Virus record (IMG/VR): IMGVR_UViG_3300021963_000029
Span: 64,001 to 128,000 of that record
Direction: 5' to 3' (one strand)
DNA: 64,000 bases
DNA from: a virus
Position numbers and translations under genes: made by a program. The notes beneath the pieces are model-generated. The model was not told where the DNA came from, did not search any database, and was given only the letters and a program-made list of their open reading frames with translations. Below, piece after piece: positions 32,497-42,606 of the stretch (positions are counted from its first letter, which is position 1; every line of letters starts with the position of its first letter).

Positions 32497-34569
32497 TTAT
32501 CCTAGAGCTATTGCAAGAGCAACTGCATCATTATTTGCAGTAAAGAGGATGCTTGTTCCATTCACTCTAACATCTGTTGAGCTATTTATTACACCTCCAA
32601 CATCCAAGGTATATGCTGGGAATGCTGTATTGATTCCAACTGAAGTAATTCCACTTTGAGTGTAAGCAGTCAAGACAGTTCCACCAGTTCCAACATTTAA
32701 TCTATTAATGGTGGATATTCCAGATACTGATAGATCAAAAATTCTTTGTGCTTGCTTTACAGTAACAACTCCAACATTAACTTCTAAATTAGCAGAATCA
32801 AATGCAGCAATACCTTTTGTTACTGAAGTTGCTTGTACATGAGATTGAGAACTCAATCCCACAACTCTTCCATATTGATCAATTTGAACTACAGAGGTAA
32901 ATGTATCGGTTAATGCTCCAGGAGTTGTATATGATCCAATTACCTGTGCTAAATCTATATCATCAGAATTAATTACAATTCTTGTGCTACTAGCTGTCCC
33001 AACATTAAAATCAGTGCCACTATCATATAGACCCAATCCTGCATTTTTTTGAGTTGGAGATGAAATTTGTGTAAACTCTAATGCACTAGTGCCAACTCCA
33101 ATTGCATAAGCATCTTTTGTAATTAGAGCAAATCCTTTTGCTGCTTCTCTAACACCACCAATAACAAAAGCAAAGTCTCCAGTTTCAATTTCACCAGTAG
33201 CATCATAATCTGGGGCTCTTGTTAATTCAAATCCAGTAGCACCACTTCCAACCCTAGTAACTTCATAGAATCCATTATGTGCTGCATTAGTTTGATTTTT
33301 AATTAAAATTCTCTCTCCAAGAGACAATGCGGTTTGATCAATTGATGTTGTTCCAACACCTACACCATATATCTTTGCTCCTTCCCCACTTAAACCATTA
33401 TCATAAGCACCGCCTATATTTTGAGTAGATGCAATTGATACTGCTTTTTGCACTTGGATACCTTGTGCAAAAGCATCTACATAAGATTTTGATGTTAATT
33501 CTGTAATTTGGAGAGGAATTGTTTGATTTACATAAACTCTGTCTGCAGTAATATCACTAGAAACTCCAACATTTCCTTTTACCTCTAGAGTTTTTGATAT
33601 AACTGATGTATTAATGCCTAATTTATTTGCATTATCATCATAATAAACTTGAGCACCTCCAAAATACCCTCCATTATTATATTGAAGTTGTCCATCAGTT
33701 CCTGCGGGATTTGTTGCAATAGAAACAGCAACCCCAACTCCACTTCCATCATCATATGCAGTTACACCAACACCAATAAAGTTTAATGTGGTTACACTAC
33801 CTGCAATTGCTACTATAGTCCCTTCATCTTTAACTGTAATGCCATTAAAGTTATTAACTGTAGCAATAGGAACCCAATCAATTCCAGTTCCAGTTGAGAT
33901 TAAAACTTCATTCTGGTTTCCAGGTTCTGCATTTCTATCATAAAGAATTCCAGAAATAAAAGCATTAGAGATTGTAGAAACGCCAGATACATTTAGTGAT
34001 GCTATCTTGGCATTTGATAATGTACTTACTCCAGTATAGTTTAATGTAGATCCACTTATATTTGTTACTATACCAACACCAGTTCTTACTGTTGAGCTGT
34101 ATATGTCAGAATAACTTAAGATGCCTCCTTGGAGAGTTTGTATAGTGCTGATTCCAAGGAAACTGAGCCCATTTCCAGCTAAAACTCCTACATATCCACT
34201 TGTATAAGTTAAATCTATTCCACTTAAATATGTAACAACTCCAACTTGAGCATTAACTCCTGAAAAATTGCCTGAATTGTAAGATAAAGTGGTTCCACTA
34301 ATGGTAGTTACTACACCACTTTGAATATATCCATTACTTGCATGAAGTGCAGTAACTATTCCAAGTTGTGAAGTTAAATTGCCAACTAAAACTCTTGCAG
34401 TAGTAACACCACTTACAAGTTGATCTCCAAAAACATGAATATCAGATTGGGCAATTGTGGTGCCAATGCCAACTTTACCACTAACTTCTAAAACTGTGCT
34501 GGTATCATTAAACCCAGACAGTCCAACTTTAATATTACGTTTTCTTCCTGATAGAAACTCTTCTGGCAT
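32497..34569 (-). CDS. Tail fibre / virion structural protein ending in AIALG
   Basis: GVST/GIVT-rich beta repeats, TKSYVD motif, GERILIKNQTNAAHNGFY domain. Confidence 0.75.
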   Translation of the reverse strand: MPEEFLSGRKRNIKVGLSGFNDTSTVLEVSGKVGIGTTIAQSDIHVFGDQLVSGVTTARVLVGNLTSQLGIVTALHASNGYIQSGVVTTISGTTLSYNSGNFSGVNAQVGVVTYLSGIDLTYTSGYVGVLAGNGLSFLGISTIQTLQGGILSYSDIYSSTVRTGVGIVTNISGSTLNYTGVSTLSNAKIASLNVSGVSTISNAFISGILYDRNAEPGNQNEVLISTGTGIDWVPIATVNNFNGITVKDEGTIVAIAGSVTTLNFIGVGVTAYDDGSGVGVAVSIATNPAGTDGQLQYNNGGYFGGAQVYYDDNANKLGINTSVISKTLEVKGNVGVSSDITADRVYVNQTIPLQITELTSKSYVDAFAQGIQVQKAVSIASTQNIGGAYDNGLSGEGAKIYGVGVGTTSIDQTALSLGERILIKNQTNAAHNGFYEVTRVGSGATGFELTRAPDYDATGEIETGDFAFVIGGVREAAKGFALITKDAYAIGVGTSALEFTQISSPTQKNAGLGLYDSGTDFNVGTASSTRIVINSDDIDLAQVIGSYTTPGALTDTFTSVVQIDQYGRVVGLSSQSHVQATSVTKGIAAFDSANLEVNVGVVTVKQAQRIFDLSVSGISTINRLNVGTGGTVLTAYTQSGITSVGINTAFPAYTLDVGGVINSSTDVRVNGTSILFTANNDAVALAIALG

Positions 34570-34573
34570 TTAA

Positions 34574-34915
34574 TTACCTCTTGGCACTTTCTAATACACT
34601 GAGGACTATTTCCATTGTACCATCAACACTGCCTTGAATTTTAAATACATCACCAGTTTCTAAAATTAATCTCCCACTTAAAAGATTTACAGAATCATTA
34701 GGAGGAACTGGAGTTTGTTTAACTAACCTAGCATCAACACTACTTCTGGAGTGTGCAGCTGTAACTGTTGGAACTGATGATCCTGTGCCAACATTGCTTA
34801 CCTGAGCAAGTAGGACAATAGAAGCAACACCAGTGGGGGCAGTATAAATTCCAACATTAGAAGTTGTAATATTATGCCTGATGGTTAAAAACTTATTAAG
34901 TGCTATCTGTGCCAT
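34574..34915 (-). CDS. Small virion adaptor-like protein, paralog B
   Basis: IYTAPTGVASIVLLAQVSN...GRLILETGD...VLSVLES. Confidence 0.65.
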   Translation of the reverse strand: MAQIALNKFLTIRHNITTSNVGIYTAPTGVASIVLLAQVSNVGTGSSVPTVTAAHSRSSVDARLVKQTPVPPNDSVNLLSGRLILETGDVFKIQGSVDGTMEIVLSVLESAKR

Positions 34916-34916
34916 A

Positions 34917-37172
34917 TTATCCTAACTGATCTAGGGCAATAATTAAGGGTGTTACTGTATTTAGAAGACTCTGATCAAAGTCTCTACCTGTGATAGTTCC
35001 TGTAAATTGGTTCACAGCAACCCCATCACCAATTCTAAAGTTTCCTGCTTGATCTGTGCTTGTATAAACTACAAGTCCACCATCTCTAAACACCACTTCA
35101 TTTTCTTGAATAGTTACACCACCTAAAGCAGGTTTTGCTGTAAAGATATTTGTTCCTGCCCCTACATATTCAAATGAAATTGTAGTTGCAATTTGTAAAC
35201 TTTGTCTATTAAAATAAACTGTGGTCCCAGCACCAACTTCAAAATCTAATACAGTTTTTAATGTTACTGTGCTTACTCCTGCTGATGGCAAAGTGGCACT
35301 TTCCACATAGTAGTAAATTGGTTGAAGAACTGCTGTAGCTGAGGCACTTCCAGTTCCTGCAATAGAAACATTTGGAGGTGATTCAAATTCATACTGTGAT
35401 CCTGTTGCAATAACACTGATTCCAGTGATCTTTCCATCTGGGGAAACATCTGCTGCTGCTTCTGCTCTAATACCTGATGGTCCAGTAGGAGCATCTATTG
35501 TAATAACTGGGGGGGAGTTTGGATTATAATCCCCAATATCTCCTGGGTTATCAATAATAATGGAATCTAAGTTGTAATATAATTTTCCAAAATATAATGC
35601 TTGTCCATCATAAGGTCTATATGTTCCCACACCAGAAACAACCACAGTATCAGTTTCCTCTGCTGAAGTTGTAGTAATTTCTCCTGTCATTCTATAAACT
35701 GATCCAGAATCAGTTCCTCCAACTCCAATAGATACTAATCCTTTATTTCCAAATGAAGAGTTTGAGTTTGTAATGTCACATTGCCCACCATTTCCAGTGT
35801 AAATTGCAATATCATCACAAATAGTAAAGATAGAAACTAACTGTGCATATGCTCCATTTGTAATAGAAACTCCAATGCCCCCCTGATTGTATTGAGTAAA
35901 TGAATCAACTGACATTGTGCCAGTTACGCCAATATCATCTTGATCTCCAGGTTCAGCATGAAACCCATCTACTTTCATTCCAATACTATTTGCAATGAAA
36001 TTAGTACAGTTTCTAATGTAAGGTCCTTGAGTTATAGGACCAACACCTGGAGAAAAAGATGCATCATTGGGAGCAGTTGTACCTGCTCCACTATTTCCTG
36101 GGTAGGTAGTATTAATGCCAGCACCAAGGATACTTAATCCATTTTTAATAATAGAAGTTACAACACCAACACAAGAGTAAATTGCAGAAACTACATTAGC
36201 ACAATTATCTAAAGATACCCCAAACCCAGTTGATGGATCTGGTTGAATACTTAAATCTCTGACTTGAGTGTATTCATTCTGATAATTCCCTGTCCAAGGA
36301 ACATTATTAATACAAGATTTTGCTATCCCAGCAGCATAGTAAATAGCATCTATAGTTTCTGTTTTTACTCCAACAATGTGTTGTAGTGCACCTGCTTGTG
36401 TGTAATAAGATTTTCCTGCTCCAACACACTTGGAGTTTCCTCCTCTAGTTATGTCATGACATACTGCTTTAAAAATTGATTTAATGTCCTCAGCACATTG
36501 CCTTGAAGTAGAAAACCCCATAGAGAATGGAGTCATAGCTGAGGGGGATGAAAAATATACGCCACTAGTCAAAAATCCTACTGTTTCACTTGCAATATAA
36601 TCAAGATTCATCCTGATCATTCTTGCAGCATCAAAAAATCTATCTGATGCAACTCCTGATAGAGGTTGAAATGCTATAACAGCAGATCCATTAGTCATTC
36701 CAGGTCCAACAAAACTTAAATTTGTTACATGGACAGCATTATTGACATGAAATAAATCTTTATCAGTATTTTGGGGAGTTACTTGACAATTTCTAAGTTC
36801 AGTTCCCTGAACTACTACATTAGTAGGCAAGATTACTGGATTATTCTCTACATAATATCCAGGATATACTTTAATAGTATCTCCAGACAGTGCTATAGAT
36901 GCAGCAGCTCCAATAGTTGCTTTAGCATCATTCAAAGACAATCCAGTATTGAAATTATTGCCGTTCTTATTGACAAATATAGTTTTTCCTACTGATGATC
37001 CAGCACCAACTTCAATAACTCTTGTTCCTACTCCTACTCCACCTTGATCTTGTTTGATGAATAATTTTCCATCATAAAAGTTTACTGCAAGTTCTCCAGC
37101 TTGGAGTTGATCAATAGTAGGTTTTTTTGCAGGAACAGAAGATCTTCTTATCCTGATTTTAGGATCTGCCAT
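34917..37172 (-). CDS. Large virion structural protein (I-R-I-R-R N-terminal domain, beta-helix-like core)
   Basis: MADPKIRIRRS...GELAVNFYDGKLFIK; paralogous to 42607-47079. Confidence 0.75.
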   Translation of the reverse strand: MADPKIRIRRSSVPAKKPTIDQLQAGELAVNFYDGKLFIKQDQGGVGVGTRVIEVGAGSSVGKTIFVNKNGNNFNTGLSLNDAKATIGAAASIALSGDTIKVYPGYYVENNPVILPTNVVVQGTELRNCQVTPQNTDKDLFHVNNAVHVTNLSFVGPGMTNGSAVIAFQPLSGVASDRFFDAARMIRMNLDYIASETVGFLTSGVYFSSPSAMTPFSMGFSTSRQCAEDIKSIFKAVCHDITRGGNSKCVGAGKSYYTQAGALQHIVGVKTETIDAIYYAAGIAKSCINNVPWTGNYQNEYTQVRDLSIQPDPSTGFGVSLDNCANVVSAIYSCVGVVTSIIKNGLSILGAGINTTYPGNSGAGTTAPNDASFSPGVGPITQGPYIRNCTNFIANSIGMKVDGFHAEPGDQDDIGVTGTMSVDSFTQYNQGGIGVSITNGAYAQLVSIFTICDDIAIYTGNGGQCDITNSNSSFGNKGLVSIGVGGTDSGSVYRMTGEITTTSAEETDTVVVSGVGTYRPYDGQALYFGKLYYNLDSIIIDNPGDIGDYNPNSPPVITIDAPTGPSGIRAEAAADVSPDGKITGISVIATGSQYEFESPPNVSIAGTGSASATAVLQPIYYYVESATLPSAGVSTVTLKTVLDFEVGAGTTVYFNRQSLQIATTISFEYVGAGTNIFTAKPALGGVTIQENEVVFRDGGLVVYTSTDQAGNFRIGDGVAVNQFTGTITGRDFDQSLLNTVTPLIIALDQLG

Positions 37173-37223
37173 ATATTGAAGTGGTATATACCTTGATCCT
37201 GATATATATCAGGTTTCTTTTAT

Positions 37224-37406
37224 TTAGTCGAAGGAATCTGACTCAGATTCTTCTTCCTCTTCTAATTTTTTTATTTTCTCAGTTAAATCTACAATCACAT
37301 TGTTCAACGCATTTAACTTTGCTTCATACACAATGTTTTGATTAATTAATTCTGCTACTTTTTTTTGATAAGATGCCAATAATGCATTATAATCAATATC
37401 AACCAC
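37224..37406 (-). CDS. Small coiled-coil protein
   Basis: 60 aa heptad pattern. Confidence 0.7.
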   Translation of the reverse strand: MVDIDYNALLASYQKKVAELINQNIVYEAKLNALNNVIVDLTEKIKKLEEEEESESDSFD

Positions 37407-38803
37407 TAAAATGAGCCTCCATCTACTGTAATGTTATTTAAGAATCTTTCTGAACCAACACAAGAAACTAGTTGAGATTGTCCTGCACAATCATTTATCC
37501 AAAGATCTGCAATTTCTAAAGAACCATAAGAGTTAATAGTTAAAACACTACTAGTCTCTGATACATCTTTTGCTAGAACAATTCTTTGAGCACTGTCATC
37601 CCAGAAAACAGCAGCTTTCTTTGCAGTTCCTTGATACCAGTGCATTAAAAGACCAACATCAATATTTAAATCTGATGTTGGAGTTCCAAGAAGACCACCA
37701 CTATTTACAAGACCAACTTCAATCATGCTGTCTTCAACTTTCATTGTCTCAGCATTTACTTCAACTGTAGTTCCAAGAACATACAGATTTCCATTAACTG
37801 TTAAATCCTGAGAAGCATTAATATTGTTACTAAATGTAGATACTCCAGAAACTAAAAGACTTGTTTGAAGTCTTGTACTTCCACCAACATCAAGAGCATA
37901 AATGCCACCTAAAGCTGGATTATCTACAACTACTCCATTTTGGAATGTTGAAATACCAGTTGCTTTGAGTTGGGTTACTCTTGTAAACCCTTCAATATCT
38001 GCCCCATTATTAACATCTAAAAATCCACCTACTGTAGCACCAGCACTAACATTAAGGTTTTGTGTATAAATTCCTCTCCAATTTTTAGCAGTATCTCCAA
38101 GATCATATGCATTAGTAGTTGATGGTCCTACATTAGATGCGAACTCTCCTCCAATAATAATATCATCATTAGGACTATCTCCAATATTAATTGTTCCCCC
38201 TTCAAATCTAACTTCACCTACAAAAGTAGAAACGCCAGAAACTTTTAAGTTACCTCCAATATTAACGCTTTTCTCTACACCAATACCTCCTTCAACCACT
38301 AAAGATCCATTGTCTTTGGTTGTTGAATCTGTAATATCAGAAATATATGCAGAATTTGTAACAGTTACAAAACCTACAGTTAAATTATCAACATCTAAGT
38401 TTGTAAATTCATTGGACCAACTTAAAATTCCACCAGAATCAGATTTTAAAAATGCTCCATCAACCGGTGCTGCTGGAAATGTATACTGAACATTAGAATC
38501 TAAACTATTTGGAGAAGCAAGAGTGACATAATTTGTTCCACTAGAAGTTGCTTCTACTAAATTAACTCCAGATCCACTAAGACTTGTTTCTTTTGACCAA
38601 TATCTAGAAGATCCAAAAAATTTATTATCAGGAGCAGTAATTAATGCAGAAGTTATAGTATTAATTCCAAGGGTTATAGTTGCACCAGTCCCCACATAAA
38701 AGTCATACTTGTCAGTAGTAAACCCAGGTTCCCCTGCTTTCAGTGAGGTTATACCAATATTAGATGCAGGGCCTCTTTTTATTTGTAAAATAGCAGAAGC
38801 CAT
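37406..38803 (-). CDS. Virion structural/fibre protein ending in DGGSF
   Basis: MASAILQIKRG...GEPGFTTD; GSLVVEGGIGV. Confidence 0.72.
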   Translation of the reverse strand: MASAILQIKRGPASNIGITSLKAGEPGFTTDKYDFYVGTGATITLGINTITSALITAPDNKFFGSSRYWSKETSLSGSGVNLVEATSSGTNYVTLASPNSLDSNVQYTFPAAPVDGAFLKSDSGGILSWSNEFTNLDVDNLTVGFVTVTNSAYISDITDSTTKDNGSLVVEGGIGVEKSVNIGGNLKVSGVSTFVGEVRFEGGTINIGDSPNDDIIIGGEFASNVGPSTTNAYDLGDTAKNWRGIYTQNLNVSAGATVGGFLDVNNGADIEGFTRVTQLKATGISTFQNGVVVDNPALGGIYALDVGGSTRLQTSLLVSGVSTFSNNINASQDLTVNGNLYVLGTTVEVNAETMKVEDSMIEVGLVNSGGLLGTPTSDLNIDVGLLMHWYQGTAKKAAVFWDDSAQRIVLAKDVSETSSVLTINSYGSLEIADLWINDCAGQSQLVSCVGSERFLNNITVDGGSF

Positions 38804-38828
38804 AGTTATTCCTTGTTTTTATTATTTA

Positions 38829-39137
38829 TTAAAAGGACCCACCGTCCAAATCTATATTAGCAATTCTATTTGGGTCTGTGTCTAATGCATTAATAAATTG
38901 AACTGGCAAACCATCTCCAGCAGACGACATTGATTGTACTGTAGATGCTGCTGATACTAACACATCATCTGGATCTACAAATTGAAATTTCTGAGTTGAT
39001 GCATCATATGCTAAAAGGTAATTAAAAGATGTGCTTGTAATACCTGTTGGGTTTACATCAACTAAGTCTACTAATTTGTTGGCCACGTTAGATAAAACCT
39101 CTACTTCTGTGGTTGATGTTAGATTAACCTCTATCAT
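38829..39137 (-). CDS. Small virion protein ending in DGGSF
   Basis: 102 aa. Confidence 0.65.
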   Translation of the reverse strand: MIEVNLTSTTEVEVLSNVANKLVDLVDVNPTGITSTSFNYLLAYDASTQKFQFVDPDDVLVSAASTVQSMSSAGDGLPVQFINALDTDPNRIANIDLDGGSF

Positions 39138-39471
39138 TAGAAGATGATCCTCTTACTAAAACATTTCCTTCTAATACTTTGGTTTTAATGTTAGTTGATG
39201 GAGTTATAGAAATCAAATCAAAAACATGTCTACCAATAGGCAATTCAGTGGTGACTGAATTATGCAATTCAAGTTTAACAATACCATCTGCAGCTGGAGA
39301 TAAAATAGTTGTACTAAATCCATACCCAACTGGAGAATTATAATGCTTTCTCATTACGCATGAGAAAGCATAACCAGTTAAATTGACAACAGAACCATCA
39401 GTTTTTATTTTTATAGCTGTAGAAAAATCAGTTCCTTTATCTATGATAAAATTTACTGCTGCTACTGCCAT
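39124..39471 (-). CDS. Small virion protein (Ig-like/BppU-N-like)
   Basis: NFIIDKGTDF...NLTGY...MRKHY...GRHVFD...KVLEG pattern. Confidence 0.65.
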   Translation of the reverse strand: MAVAAVNFIIDKGTDFSTAIKIKTDGSVVNLTGYAFSCVMRKHYNSPVGYGFSTTILSPAADGIVKLELHNSVTTELPIGRHVFDLISITPSTNIKTKVLEGNVLVRGSSSNDRG

Positions 39472-39492
39472 TTTATATGCACTTTATTTTAT

Positions 39493-42216
39493 TTAGATTA
39501 TCTTCCATTCTGCTCCACTAACCACTGTGACTGTAATTCCATTGTTAATTGTTATAGGTCCTATACTTGCCTCATTATAAGTAGTATTAACAGTATAATC
39601 ACTTGCCACAGTTGTAGAATTTCTAAAGAAAGGAACAGTTGTTAATGTTAAACTGCCAGCACAAGTTAATGGTCCACCAAAAGATAATTCTCCAGTTCCA
39701 GGATTGAATGCAAATGCAGTAGAACTTGTTCTAACTCTTGGGGTCGCATCTACACCTGCTTGACTGACAAATACTGGATAGTATGTGCCAGAAGATGTAG
39801 TGTTTGTTGCATTAACCACATTAGATGGTCCTGGAGCACCTTGGAATCCTTGGAAACCTTGAGGTCCTTGAGGTCCAATAGCACCTGTAGTTCCTTGAGT
39901 TCCATTTACACCTTGTACACCTTGAGCACCTTGAACACCTTGATACCCTTGGAAACCTTGTGGTCCTTGTGGTCCTCTTGGTCCTTGTGGTCCAATAGGA
40001 CCAGCAGTTCCTTGTGTTCCTGATGTGCCAGGAGATCCTTGAGCACCTTGAGGTCCTACAGGTCCTTGTGGTCCTTGAGCACCTTGTGATCCTTGTGGTC
40101 CCCTTTCTCCTTGAGGTCCAATTGGTCCTTGTGGACCTTGGAAACCTTGTGGACCTTGTACGCCTTGAGGACCTGTATTACCTTGAGGTCCATATGGTCC
40201 CTGAGGTCCTTGAGCACCTTGTGATCCTTGTGGTCCTGCATTACCTTGAGGTCCATATCCTTGAGGTCCAATAGCACCTTGGATGCCCTGATTGCCAGTT
40301 GTTCCTTGTGGTCCAATTGATCCCTGAGGTCCAATAAATCCTTGAGGACCTTGTACTCCTTGTGGTCCTCTATCACCAGTAAATCCTTGTGATCCTTGGG
40401 GACCTTGGAAACCTTGTGGTCCTTGAACTCCTTGTGGTCCTTGGAAACCTTGTGGTCCTCTAAATCCTTGTGGTCCTTGGAAACCTTGTGGGCCAGTAAT
40501 GTATCCAGCATCAACATAAGAACTTCCATTACAAACATATAAGTGACCATCTGCAGTTACGATATATGCATCTCCAACAGTAGTTCCATCGCAAGTTGGT
40601 AAAGCACCAACTGTTGGATATGTACCTTTAATGTTAATTGCAGTTCCTGGAGCTCCTTGTGGTCCTTGGAACCCCTGTGGTCCTTGAGGTCCAATAGGTC
40701 CTTGTGGACCTATTTCTCCTTGTGGACCATATCCCTGTGGACCTTGGAATCCTTGTGGTCCTCTAATGCCTTGAGGTCCTTGAGGTCCAAGATTTCCTTG
40801 TGGTCCTTGGAAACCTTGTGGTCCTTGTGGTCCTCTAAATCCTTGTGGACCTTGGAAACCTTGAGCACCTTGTGGTCCAAGTGCACCTTGTGGTCCAATT
40901 TCACCTTGAGGACCTTGGAAACCTTGTGATCCTTGTGGTCCTAAGTTTCCTTGGAAACCTTGTGGACCTTGAACACCTTGAGGTCCTTTTTGTCCAACTT
41001 CACCTGCTAAACCCTGTGATCCTTGTGGTCCTTGAACGCCCTGAGGTCCTTGGAAACCTTGTGGTCCTTGGAAACCTTGTGGTCCAATAAATCCTTGAGC
41101 ACCTTGAACTCCTTGGAAACCTTGTGATCCTTGTGGTCCTTGGAAACCTTGTGGTCCTTGGAAACCTTGTGGTCCTTGGAAACCTTGAGCACCTTGTGGT
41201 CCTTGGAAACCTTGGAAACCTTGGAATCCTTGTGGTCCTCTAACACCTTGAGGACCTATTTCTCCTTGAGGTCCAATATTTCCTTGAGGTCCTTGGAAAC
41301 CTTGTGGTCCAACACCCTGTGGTCCTTGGAAACCTTGAGGTCCCTGTACACCTTGAGGTCCTCTTTCTCCTTGTGGTCCAATAAATCCTTGAGCACCTTG
41401 AACTCCTTGGAAACCTTGTGGTCCTCTAGATCCTTGTGGTCCTTGGAAACCTTGTGGTCCTTGTGGTCCAATAGGTCCTTGTGGTCCTTGTGATCCTTGG
41501 GGTCCTCTAAATCCCTGTGCACCTTGGAATCCTTGGAAACCTTGAGGTCCTTGAGGTCCTAAACCACCAGCAACATTAGTCCAAGTAAATCCTGCTCCTG
41601 GACCTAATGAGGTTAAGACTTTTGGAAATGTTCCTACATCTCCTGCATAGTTAGCAAGATCTCCAGAAAATCTTACTGTGGTTACACCAATATCAACACC
41701 AACAGTTGGATTTGTGCTTCCAATACCTAATCTGTTAGTGCCGGGAATGAAAACTAAAGAATTTGGTTTAATATCAAAAGCAGTTACAACACCTGGAGCT
41801 CTTTGACTTGTAAACCCAATGTAATATAAATTAGAATCAGCAGGTTCATTTGCTTGAATTGAAGCAGTAATGATAACTGTTGCAATTCCAGCACCACCAG
41901 GAGGAACTGGAACAACAGTTACACCAGAACCAACAAAGTTAATTGTGGTAATAGAACCTGCAAGACCTACAATGGTCCCTTCATCTCTAACTGTAATACC
42001 TCTATCAATAACACCAGGAGGCAACTGTTGCCAATATCTTCTTCCTGGAGCAGTATCTACAGAAATAAGAATATATTGTTGTCCAATAGGAGGACTATCA
42101 CCAGGAGGATCCCCCAAATTAGGTTCAGCTTGATTTAACCCAAGATATTGATATCTATCAGCTGTTAATCTTTCTTGAGGGAGCTTTATAACCCTGCGAC
42201 TAAGATACTTTGCCAT
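39493..42216 (-). CDS. Collagen-like fibre (two G-P-Q/G-F-Q blocks split by a small globular insert)
   Basis: Roughly 175 triplets; insert [15 protein letters not shown]...GDAYIV...GHLYV. Confidence 0.88.
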   Translation of the reverse strand: MAKYLSRRVIKLPQERLTADRYQYLGLNQAEPNLGDPPGDSPPIGQQYILISVDTAPGRRYWQQLPPGVIDRGITVRDEGTIVGLAGSITTINFVGSGVTVVPVPPGGAGIATVIITASIQANEPADSNLYYIGFTSQRAPGVVTAFDIKPNSLVFIPGTNRLGIGSTNPTVGVDIGVTTVRFSGDLANYAGDVGTFPKVLTSLGPGAGFTWTNVAGGLGPQGPQGFQGFQGAQGFRGPQGSQGPQGPIGPQGPQGFQGPQGSRGPQGFQGVQGAQGFIGPQGERGPQGVQGPQGFQGPQGVGPQGFQGPQGNIGPQGEIGPQGVRGPQGFQGFQGFQGPQGAQGFQGPQGFQGPQGFQGPQGSQGFQGVQGAQGFIGPQGFQGPQGFQGPQGVQGPQGSQGLAGEVGQKGPQGVQGPQGFQGNLGPQGSQGFQGPQGEIGPQGALGPQGAQGFQGPQGFRGPQGPQGFQGPQGNLGPQGPQGIRGPQGFQGPQGYGPQGEIGPQGPIGPQGPQGFQGPQGAPGTAINIKGTYPTVGALPTCDGTTVGDAYIVTADGHLYVCNGSSYVDAGYITGPQGFQGPQGFRGPQGFQGPQGVQGPQGFQGPQGSQGFTGDRGPQGVQGPQGFIGPQGSIGPQGTTGNQGIQGAIGPQGYGPQGNAGPQGSQGAQGPQGPYGPQGNTGPQGVQGPQGFQGPQGPIGPQGERGPQGSQGAQGPQGPVGPQGAQGSPGTSGTQGTAGPIGPQGPRGPQGPQGFQGYQGVQGAQGVQGVNGTQGTTGAIGPQGPQGFQGFQGAPGPSNVVNATNTTSSGTYYPVFVSQAGVDATPRVRTSSTAFAFNPGTGELSFGGPLTCAGSLTLTTVPFFRNSTTVASDYTVNTTYNEASIGPITINNGITVTVVSGAEWKII

Positions 42217-42599
42217 TATTGATTAAGAGTCTCCAGGATGCTTACAGTATACTTGAGATGATTTGGTGTAGAAGTTGAGATTCCACTCATCACAATTGCA
42301 TCAGATTTTAATGCAGTTCTTTCTAAAACAAGTCTACCTTCAAGAAGAACAAGAGCATCATTTTCTGGAACTAAACCACCTTTGATTAATTCATTATAAT
42401 CTGTGCTAACCCCAGCCTGACTTCTATTTGTTCTCTTGTGTGAAAATGTTACTGTACCAATTCCACTTCCAGTATTAGCAACCTGAGCATATAGAACAAT
42501 GCTTGTGTAACCTGTTCTGGTAGTGTAGATTTCAGTATTTTCAGTAGTGCTGACAATGCCAGTTACTGTTTTGTATGTATTTAGTGGTTGTTGTGCCAT
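42216..42599 (-). CDS. Small virion adaptor-like protein, paralog A
   Basis: IYTTRTGYTSIVLYAQVAN...GRLVLE...YTVSILET. Confidence 0.65.
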   Translation of the reverse strand: MAQQPLNTYKTVTGIVSTTENTEIYTTRTGYTSIVLYAQVANTGSGIGTVTFSHKRTNRSQAGVSTDYNELIKGGLVPENDALVLLEGRLVLERTALKSDAIVMSGISTSTPNHLKYTVSILETLNQ

Positions 42600-42606
42600 C
42601 TAATTT

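Noticed and set aside
30856-41522. Alternative-frame ORFs in the collagen genes (DHKDHKVSK..., LWSLETLWS...)
   Set aside because: These are automatic by-products of G-X-Q codon repeats that lack stop codons.
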